Below, one piece after another: positions 33,994-44,115 of a stretch of 64,000 bases of DNA (positions within the stretch are counted from its first letter, which is position 1; each line of letters begins with the position of its first letter). Source of the stretch: Trypanosoma brucei (taxonomy: Eukaryota); NCBI GenBank assembly GCA_000002445.1, contig CM000208.1, positions 3,648,001 to 3,712,000 on the forward strand, in the 5' to 3' direction. Both the position numbers and the translations under genes were made by a program. The notes beneath the pieces are model-generated. The model was not told where the DNA came from. It saw nothing but the letters and a program-made list of their open reading frames with translations, and ran no database searches.

Positions 33994-35811
33994 ATGACAC
34001 GCATGCGAGTGGACGCTAAGCTGCTCTTGAAAAGCGAAGATGACTTCCGACGCCTGTTGGAGCTGCTGCGGCCATTCCATTTACGCACGTGGAAGTATGA
34101 AGATTTTTACTTTGATACACCTAACTTCCTTTTGATGGCGAAGGACGTGCAGCTTCGGCTTCGTGTGCCTTTTAAGTCTTCCGACGGTAAAGATGAGAAG
34201 TTGGCAGGCGCTCAGGGCTCGAATATGCTTTGCCATGTTTCTCTCACTCTCAAGACTAACAGTTCGGTCGATGTCGGTGGACAAACTGCTGGCATTTTTG
34301 AAATGTTTCCGTTTACACCGAAAGATGTTGATGACATGCTGCAGGAAGATTCATTGGTTAGCGTGTTGAAGAATCGTAGCAGCGATGAACCTGCTAAGAC
34401 GGTTTTGGAATATCTAACAAGGGCTTCTGAGGAATATGGCGAGGAGTTGGTACTGACGCGCTTTGCCAGTTTTGAGACAACTCGAAGGCAATACAAGTTT
34501 GTGCCACATCTTGGCTTTGGTAGCGCACACAGTTCCGACAAAGATGTTGCATCGGAAAAGAATAAATCAGACCCACCACGCCTTTATGTGGATGAAGTAC
34601 CAATGGGTGATTTCAAATCTTATGAAGTAGAAGTGCAAGGTGTTACTGATCCACTCGCAGACGTCTGTCAAGATTTGATGGATTACCTGAACGAGAAAGG
34701 CATAGAATTTACCCACAGCTTATCTGGAAAGCTGAATCGCTTCATGACCCGCACCTTGGAGCTTGAAGAAATGAAGGAAGAATCCCAGTGTGTACGTCTC
34801 CGCATCAAGGGAAACAAGGGTTATGAAGAGGTATGTAGATGGCAAAACGAGGAGAATGAGATCAGTCTCGATCCGATTCCAAAGCGCGGGGCTCCACCTG
34901 TAGATAACGATAAGCCTACCTTTGGAGTGACGCAAATGGCATCTTCCTTGTTAGGGTTGGGACCACTTACTTCACAGGCTTCCCGAATGACACATTCGCA
35001 GAGCGTACGATTAAAGAGAATTCGAGAGGGCAATCATGGTGACGAAGAGTATTTTGAAAACTATTTTTTCGATGATCGCCCCAATGGAACCTTGGCAGCT
35101 AAAAAGTATACACTACGGTTGAGATGTTGCAACCCCCCTACCGCCTTCAGCCTCGAGCTTCGGAAAGAAAAATGGAGCGCTGGTGGTGTGAAGGGCTACG
35201 AGCGGAGACGCGCGTACATATCCGGTGATGTAGCTCGACTTATGCTCCGTGACCCTAATAAATTTTTGAATTCACTATCTTCTCAGAGTAGTCTTGGTCA
35301 TTTGCTACGACGGGACATGGGACTGCAGAAGCTAACCATCGTGGGTTACTGTAAAACGCATCGCATCACATATAATGGTAAGATTATCGAGAGAAGAATG
35401 GTGGAAGACTCCCAGAGAACCCGGGACGGTAACGCGGGAAAGGTGGCGGCACGACCACCCGGTGTGGAATTCACTCTTTTTCATGGACCGTCTAGCGCGG
35501 GATGTAGAGGTGAATTTTCCATCCAGTTAAACCGCATCATGGTTGATACCGGTAGTGATCCTGTGAAAGTCGCAAAAAGGGCATCAGAGGAACGTTGTTG
35601 CTCCATTTTTAACCCCCGTGGCTGCTCTCCCTTCCCGCGGGAACCATCAGAGACGGAATCGTATGAAGTGAAGTTGGCTGGACTTCCTGAAGGTTTGGCT
35701 GCTACAGCAGAGGACTGGCTGGTTTCTCAGCTTCACCAGCGCCAAGTGCAGTGGGAGGTAGTTATGTCTGCTGGCATGGGGCAGTATCATCCTTCCTTGG
35801 CTGCAGCGTAA
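33994..35811 (+). CDS. Tandem CYTH-domain (triphosphate tunnel metalloenzyme family) protein
   Basis: The N-terminal region WKYEDFYFDTPNFLLMAKDVQLRLRV matches the CYTH core, as in thiamine triphosphatase ([24 protein letters not shown]). A second copy EEYFENYFFDDRPNGTLAAKKYTLRLRC lies ~350 aa downstream. The canonical N-terminal ExExK is replaced by RVDAK. Confidence 0.65.
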   Translation: MTRMRVDAKLLLKSEDDFRRLLELLRPFHLRTWKYEDFYFDTPNFLLMAKDVQLRLRVPFKSSDGKDEKLAGAQGSNMLCHVSLTLKTNSSVDVGGQTAGIFEMFPFTPKDVDDMLQEDSLVSVLKNRSSDEPAKTVLEYLTRASEEYGEELVLTRFASFETTRRQYKFVPHLGFGSAHSSDKDVASEKNKSDPPRLYVDEVPMGDFKSYEVEVQGVTDPLADVCQDLMDYLNEKGIEFTHSLSGKLNRFMTRTLELEEMKEESQCVRLRIKGNKGYEEVCRWQNEENEISLDPIPKRGAPPVDNDKPTFGVTQMASSLLGLGPLTSQASRMTHSQSVRLKRIREGNHGDEEYFENYFFDDRPNGTLAAKKYTLRLRCCNPPTAFSLELRKEKWSAGGVKGYERRRAYISGDVARLMLRDPNKFLNSLSSQSSLGHLLRRDMGLQKLTIVGYCKTHRITYNGKIIERRMVEDSQRTRDGNAGKVAARPPGVEFTLFHGPSSAGCRGEFSIQLNRIMVDTGSDPVKVAKRASEERCCSIFNPRGCSPFPREPSETESYEVKLAGLPEGLAATAEDWLVSQLHQRQVQWEVVMSAGMGQYHPSLAAA

Positions 35812-35905
35812 AACTATCAATAGATTTATTACTATTATATATATTTAAATATATATTACTTTGGAGGGAACGACCTTTCCCCTTTTTGCCCTCCGTTTAC
35901 CGGGG

Positions 35906-36002
35906 ATATATATATATATATATATATATATACGTGTGTGCATAATGGGTTTAGCGCATTCGTTCCGTTCCATCTTCTTTTCCCCTCTTGACGACTAGAT
36001 AA

Positions 36003-36040
<38 letters not shown>

Positions 36041-36127
36041 GTGTGTGCATAATGGGTTTAGCGCATTCGTTCCGTTCCATCTTCTTTTCCCCTCTTGACG
36101 ACTAGATAAGAATATATATATATATAT
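35906..36127. repeat. Tandem duplication of a ~107-bp unit, each copy = (TA)12-17 + 72-bp unique segment
   Basis: CGTGTGTGCATAATGGGTTTAGCGCATTCGTTCCGTTCCATCTTCTTTTCCCCTCTTGACGACTAGATAAGAA occurs identically at 35933-36005 and 36040-36112. Each copy is preceded by (TA)n and a third (TA)n follows. It lies ~100 nt 3' of the CYTH gene stop. Confidence 0.95.
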
Positions 36128-37561
36128 CTAACTCTCCGGATTAAGAACTGCTTTGTTGTTGTTGTTATTGTTGTGCAGGTTTATATAAGGGAAAGTGAAT
36201 GAAGGAGTAAGGACCAGCATATTTGACATCTGTAACCATTCGTGTAGCCATTGCGCTATACTCCTTTTTCTATCAACTCCTTGTTGCATCAGTTGCGAGA
36301 ATTCCCATGAAGTGTGTGAGAGAAGGCTGCGGTTTTGTGACGGTAATTTCTCTCTCTCTCTCTCTCCATATATATATATATATATATATATGTTTTATTT
36401 TTTTTTAAATTATCTTCCTCCCATATTCATTCGTGGGATGGTGTTCCTGACCACATCAACAGGGTGGGAAGGAAGGGGGGAAATTCGGAAAGAGGTTTGA
36501 TGTTCCACTTCAAAAACACAGCACACATAAGAGGAAAACAAGAAAAGAAAAAGAGAAGAGAAGCGTCTTTTTTCTTTTCTCATTTATTATTATTTCTTTT
36601 CTTTCCTTTTTAGGGAGGACTCACAACTTGTGGGGCTAAATCACATTATTATTGTGATTGTTGTGACCATGCGTTTGCATGTCGTATGTTTCTCGCACCT
36701 CTTTGTTGGATTTCCCTTCGATTTGTGGTTATTAGGCGGAACCGTCAGAAGGAATGCTGCGGTGCTGGGGAAGTAATTTTTTTTATATAAATGATTAAAT
36801 ATATATATATATATATTTATTTATTTATATGAGTTGAAGTGGCGATGCAACAACGGTTTGAATGAAATTCATTTGGTGGTTAGTTGTTACTTGCTTCTTT
36901 TTAAAAAAAAAACATTAGAAGAAGGAAAGGAAAACAATGTAACATCGGTTGTGAATAGTATGTTTTTGCCACTAACTTAAAATTAAAGCTAAAGGGGGAA
37001 AGACTAGTGGCAGGAAGTTGTGATTTAGAGGTGATGAAATAATTAATAAAAAAAGGGGGGGAAATATTTATTTATTTGCGTGTTTGTGCATGCGCGCGTA
37101 GGGAGAGGGGGGGGACAGCACTGAAGTGATAATGGTGAGGTGGGTGGAGGAGAGGTGGAAAAAAAAAAAGAGAGAAAAAAGGAAAAAAAAGAAACATATT
37201 GGAGAGAGGCGGTAAACTAACGCAACGAGGCCTTCAGGAGGAAGAGGAGGAAAGAAAAAGAAAAAGAAGAAGTTGGGAAATATATATATAGATATAGATA
37301 TATCTTTTTACGGTGGTATTTTCTCACTGCTGCTTTAACCGCTCGTTGCATATTCCTTTATTTTTCTCTCTTTTTCTCTTTATCATTTATCATTTTTTAT
37401 TTTCGCGGATGTTGATGTTGTTGTTTTTGCCACATATTTACCCCGTAGCGGTGTTTTTTTTTTCCCTTCTTCTTCCCTTCACCTTTTTTTGTCATCTACT
37501 TTCCAGTGTGACTAATAAGAGTGAAAAGATGATGAAGATCAGAGTCATTCCATTACATACT

Positions 37562-37590
37562 TGTGTGTTTGTGTGTGTGTGTGTTTCTGT
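37562..37590. repeat. Imperfect (TG)n microsatellite
   Basis: tgtgtgtttgtgtgtgtgtgtgtttctgtg read directly. Confidence 0.85.
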
Positions 37591-38350
37591 GTGCTTGTAT
37601 GTATGTTTGTTGTTTTTTTTTTCTTCTTCATCCTCTCTCTCTCTCTCTCGGTTTGTTTTCAGCGTAATTTTGAAACCGGGAAGTGAATGTGTCCAAAACT
37701 GCGTCACGAATTGTGCTTTAGATAAAAATTACACTCTTCTTCTTATTTTATTTTATTTTTTAATTTTTTTTAAATTTTCTCCCTCCCTCCCCACTTAAAC
37801 ATACACACACACACACTCCCTCCCTTATGCAAATACTGCAGCAACTGAAAATGTTATCTTTTGTGGGTTCTTACTAATTATTCGTGCCCTTTTTTTTTCT
37901 TCTATCTATTTATTTTACTCTTCACAACAAAAAATATACGAATAATATATATATATATATAACTTATTATTTGTGAAAGGAAAACTCTCCATCAAGTGAA
38001 AAGAATATTTTTTTTCTTTTCTTTTTTAAGGCACCTCAAAAAAAAAAAAAAGAGAAAAGCCGAAACGCAACTCTATTTATCTCCCTTGTGCAAGAGTTTG
38101 CAAAGAAGTGAAGGAAACGCTTTTAGAAATACCTCATTACGTACCAAAATAATAATATTTATAATAAGAACATCTTTGCACACGTATATCCGTTCATCTG
38201 TGCGTTTGTGTGCTTAGGTTTTGAAAAAAAAAAAAAGAAAAAAGGAAAAAAAAAGGTCGGAAGCAAAGTCTTGGTGTTGGGATTAATACACCACAACGAA
38301 GAGGTTTCCAAAAAAAAAAGAAAAGAAAAGAAAATAAATAAATAAAGCTA

Positions 38351-38867
<517 letters not shown>

Positions 38868-39372
38868 AGGAAAGAAAAGAAAAAAGAAAAAAGAAAGGAA
38901 AGAAAGGAAAGAAAAGAGGAGAAGTAGAGGTTCCGGAAGTATAAGCTTGAAGTTGTTACACATTCTCTTCCTCTTCCTCTTCCTCTTATTATTATTACTG
39001 TTATTATTATTATCATTACCTCTTATTCTTGTTTCGTTTTGTTTTGGTTCTTCTTCTTTCTTTTTTTCTTCTTTTTTGTTTGCCTGGATGTTTACATCAT
39101 GCGCATACACACAAACACGCGTGTGCAGACATATATATTATAGTACATGTACGTACGTTTGTATGCGTGTGTATTTATGTAAATGTGCAGGAGATGATGA
39201 TGTTGATGATGATAGAGAGTGAATGAGTGAATGGAAGGAAATAAATGAGCGTGCGCTTTAACGAAAGGGTTCCCCTCTCAAAAAGAAAAAAAAGGGTAAA
39301 AAAAGTAGGTAAAAATAAAAATAAATAAATAATAATAATATAAATAAAGGGAAGAGGGAAAGAGAAAGAAGT

Positions 39373-39440
39373 ATATTATATTACATTATATTACATTATA
39401 TTATGTTATATTATGGTGAGTGAGTGAGTGAGTGAGTGAG
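39373..39440. repeat. (TTATATTACA)n decamer repeat abutting a (GTGA)6 microsatellite
   Basis: attatattacattatattacattatattatgttatattatgg followed by tgagtgagtgagtgagtgagtgag. Confidence 0.9.
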
Positions 39441-42400
39441 AAACGTGAAGGAACATTTTTTTCCCTTTCGCTGTTTTCGTTTTTCTTTTTTCTCTTTTTT
39501 CCTTTTGAGAAGTACAACAAATATGTGTTTGGTTTGTCGTATGTTTGTTGGGTTTAGTGATCGAGTTTCTGCACGCTTGTTCCTTGCTATTGTTATTACT
39601 TCTTTTTTTTAAAAATAATTAAAAGAAAAAATAAAGCAAAAAAAAAAGAATGCGCAGGAATGTGTATCATTACCACTACAATAAAGAAGGCAAAGAAGGA
39701 AAAAAAAAAACAACACTGCAGTGATGCGAGGAAATGACGTAAAAAAGAAAAAGAAAATGTTTGACGTCACGTAACAGAGAAAATATGTGATGTGTAGAGC
39801 AAGGTGAGAGGTTTTTTTGATTGTTTGTTTTTTCTGCTCTTTAAAAAAAAAAATCATTTTATTTGGTTATATGTTTTCCTTTTTTTTTTTTTACGTTACT
39901 TTTATTACGGTGTGAGCGCCGTTGTTGGACTTTTTTTAAAAAATTCCAAACGGTTTTTCAATAAGGATAAATACAGACTCATTTACATTTTTTTTATGTT
40001 TATTTTTCTATTCAACCACTTTTATTATTATTATATGCTCCTCTTTTTATAATCCTTTTGTTGTTGTTGTTGTTTTTGTTTTCTTTTATCTTGTGACAAA
40101 TTGATCAAAGTAACTGAGGCACTGCAAAAATAAAAAATAAACGGAAAAAAAAATATCACTTGCTCCTCCCATTCGATGATGCAATTAATTGCTGTTACGC
40201 CATCATCAACGCCGCACATTCTGCCGTTATTATTATTATTATTATTACTATTGTTATTATTATTTTTATTACTCATGGTAATATGGTGAGTTTGCTATTT
40301 CTCATCTCGTTTATGTCTTATATAATTATTCATATAATCATTTGTATTTATGCATATTTATATATGTTTGTTTGAATGCTTGTTGGGGGGGGGGGGAGGG
40401 AAAGGAAAGAGTAAAGAGAGAAATATATAAGGCAAAGCAAACAAAAAGAAAATATTATATATTTATTTATATATTTGTTGAGGAGAAAATATGCAGAAAT
40501 AATTAATAACAGTAATGACAATAATGATAATAATAATTAAGATGTTAGGAGAGAAGAGTTTGGTGTTTCTGTTTTGTTTTGTTTTGTTTTGGTTTTTTTT
40601 TACTTTCTTTTGTGCAGCAGCAACACATAAATTTAAATATTGTCGCGGCGGGGAGAGGAGAGGAGAGGGGGGGGGGGAGAAAAGGGATGGAGAGGGGCAA
40701 ATAAGCAAAATGAATTAGTGGAAAGAGTTATATTAATTTCATATTGGTGCCAATTTACACTTTGTGGTGCTCTAAGATTCCTTTTTTTTTTGTTTCTTTT
40801 CCCTTTTCTTTTTTTGGTTATTACTAGTCTTCGTTGTTTTTAGAAATGGGAAATTGAGATCTATATAACAACAATAACAGTAATAATAAAAATAATAATA
40901 ATAACCGCTACTACTATTACTACTATTACTACTACAAAATATATGTATGCATTTTTCTCATTTTTTTTTATAAATTTTTATTCGGTTCAGCGGTGAATTA
41001 GGGGGGAGTAAAGGGAAATGACATAATGGGACTGGGCATACAAATGCACATAATCATCCGTTTGTATTTGTATTTGTGTCGGTCTATAATTTAATGCAGC
41101 CCAAATTATGTTCTTTTTATTACGTTGTTGTTGTTGTTGGTGTCGTCGTCGGTTTCTATTTTTCATTTTATTTTTGACTCTTTTCTATCTATTTATCTGT
41201 CTGTTTATCTGAATCTGTGGATCCTTCATGTTTTTGTGCTTGTCCATAAACAACAACAACAAAAAAAAAAATAGTATATTTATTTATACAAATAAAAAAA
41301 GGCAAGAAAAAAGGAGGTTTAGAACTAATGATGTGAATGAAAGGTATAAATTAACTTTTTGTTTGTTTTTCTACTTCTTCTTTTTTTTTTTTGTTCATGT
41401 TCGAAAAATATTTTATTTGGTTTTGTTGCTGTTTAGAGGACGGTAATTTGGAGGCGGGTATGATATTTGTGTTTTTCTTTTCTTGTGTATGTGTATATAT
41501 ATATATATATATATTATTTGTATTTGTGCGATCTTTTTCTTTTTTCTTTTTTGGTTCTTGTTTCCGCCCCCATTTCCGTTTCTACCACTTATTTTTCTTT
41601 CTTTCTTTCTCCTTTTCTCCTTTTTTCCCTTTCTCTCTTATTATTTTTCTTTTTTTTTTGCTTTTGTTACTTCATATGCCAAGTTTTCTCCCTTTAGTTG
41701 TTGAGAGGAAGGAGAGGGGAGGTAAAAAATAAAAAAAATAAAAAACAAACAAATAAAAAACAAAAAAAAAAACTGCAAAACTGCTACACGCATAGTTGGG
41801 AGCGAGCACAACTGCACCCGGGGGAAGTGGGATGGGGGAGAAAAATTACGTATTGTGTTCGATTTTAACTTTACTTTACTTTACTTTTTTTTTCTTTTAT
41901 TGTTTGTTTATAATCGGGTTTTGAATGCAAATTTTTAGAACATGAAAAGGAGTTTTTTTTTATAAAAAAAATAATCACCACACCATCCTTTCTTTTTTTT
42001 TTTTGTGGCATATATATTTATAAGTTCAAAACACGTCTTATTCCTATTCCCTTTTTTTTTAAAAAAAATAAACACAAAAAAATAATTATTTTTATCCCTA
42101 TCGGCTGTCGGTAACTCATTTGGTAACATTTGTTTGGTGTTATTAACAGCCGGTCCGTGTCGCAGGCATATGAAAGGAGACATTTGCCGTCCCACAGTCA
42201 TGTGCTTTTGTTTTGTTTTTGTTTTGTTTTTTTGTTTTGTCGTTAGTTAATGTTGTATTCTCGTTATTTTTAAAATTCTTGTGCGGGCAATGGGGGAGAC
42301 GTGTGTAACCGCTGAGAGTGAAGAAAAAGATAGAAACTAGGATTTTTTGTTTTTTTTTTTAAAAAAGAAAGGAAATAGAAAAAGAAAAAGAAACTGGGAA

Positions 42401-42596
42401 GATGTGTTTTATTCACATTTGTTGTGTGGTGCTAAAGAAACACCATGAGGGAAACAGGGTAACAGATTTTCTTCCTCTTTTTTTTCCCCCTCATTTTTCA
42501 CTTTTTAAAAATTTTATTACACCTTTTGGTTTAGGATGCATAACACCGTCAGTCTCAGCTGATATATTATTATTATTATTTATTTATTTATTTTCT

Positions 42597-42937
42597 TTTC
42601 CCTTTTCCTTTTCCTTTTCTTTTTCCCTTTCCTCTCTTCTCCTCTCCCTCTCCCTGTGCACGTGCATATCGTAAATGTATGTTTACGTGTACGTGTATGT
42701 GTATGTGGTTACATTTTCTAAAAAAAAATAGCCCGAAAAAAAAAGGAAAGGGAAAGATAATTAAGGGAGAGGCAAACAAAATAAAAGCAAAAACAAAATA
42801 TAAATGTTGATTTACATGGGAACACATGAAGTGAAGTTTGTTAGGTGTGTTTGAGTAGAAGTGGAATGCCGATGTAGCGGGATGCGAACTGTCGCCTCAG
42901 CAAATCTGAAAAGGAAAAGGAAAAGGAAAAGGAAAAG
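42597..42937. repeat. Inverted microsatellite pair: (CCTTTT)n at 42597-42622 and its complement (AAAAGG)n at 42909-42937
   Basis: ccttttccttttccttttc... and ...aaaaggaaaaggaaaaggaaaagg are in opposite orientation ~285 bp apart. Confidence 0.85.
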
Positions 42938-44059
42938 GGAAAAATAAATATTTTTTTTTACAAAGAAAAGGAAGGGACAAGTAAAGGAATGGATGGGACT
43001 TTGTTTTTGTTTTTTTTTTTGACTTGATTAAAGCCGTCCTGTCACACAATTCCAAGTTCTTAACTTCACTGCCCATTTGTGTAACGGTTACGGCTTGGGT
43101 ATATATATATATATATATTAGAAAATCAGAAGGATGAAGGCGGGGTACGGTGTGAATAGTTTGATTATATATCCACAGCTGCTGTTTTTGCTCTAAGTTA
43201 TTGTTTTAAATAATTTTTATGGCTTATTTTGGTGTTGTTGTTGTTGTTTTTTAAAAAATAAAAACACGTATCTTTATGTACATCTGCATAATGCTCACCT
43301 TAGAGATATTTAGGCCCTTCTCTCACTTCTTCTTTTGTTGTTGTTGTTGATGCCGTTGTTTAAATTCCGTTTATTTTGTTAGTACTCGCTGCTAACAAGA
43401 GGGAGTTGCATAGAGTACGGTGTTTGGATCTTCACGACAAACAAAAAGGCAAAAAAAAAAGGAACACAAACATAAACACAAACGAGAAAATCATTAAACA
43501 AAAACGAGGGAAAAGGGAACCCCATTTTGAGTTATCCACCAGAGTGGGAAAACCGAAACAAGAAAAGAAAGGGGAGGAAAGAAGGGGAAGAGGGGAAAAG
43601 TAGCAATACCGACAAGGCAGCACACAAACAAAATAGATTTTAAAGAAAATCAATAAACAAATAAAGAATAGGTAATATTAACTGAGTAAAGTGAAGTGAG
43701 GAACAGAAATTGGCAAAAAAAAAAAGACACAAAGTGAGAGGGGCTAGTTGAGTTGCGAAATTACCAACGAAATACCTTACACAGGAAGGGGAAGCCTGAA
43801 AATTAAAATTCATTAAGGAACACAAAGGAGGGAGGGAATAGTCATTCGGCACATACATACAATCGCGTGCATTCGCGAACACAGTGATTGTGCCCCGTAT
43901 ATATATATATATATATATTTGTATTTGTACGTACATTGAATACCCTTCGCCACCTTTACACTAGCATCGGGTGATAACGAACGGGAGAGAAAGAGTCGTG
44001 GTGTTAAGGAAACCCACAATCGGGTGTTTACTGTAGTAAACAGGAGCACAGGAAGGCTG

Positions 44060-44115
44060 CTCTTAGTTTCTTTGTTTTTATATTCGTTTCGTTTTGCGAC
44101 TCTTGACAGTGACGT
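44060..44115 (+). promoter_or_regulatory. Polypyrimidine tract / putative trans-splice acceptor upstream of helicase-like gene
   Basis: tcttagtttctttgtttttatattcgtttcgttttgcgactcttgacAG ends 8 nt before the ATG at 44116. It is the only pyrimidine tract within several hundred nt. Confidence 0.4.
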
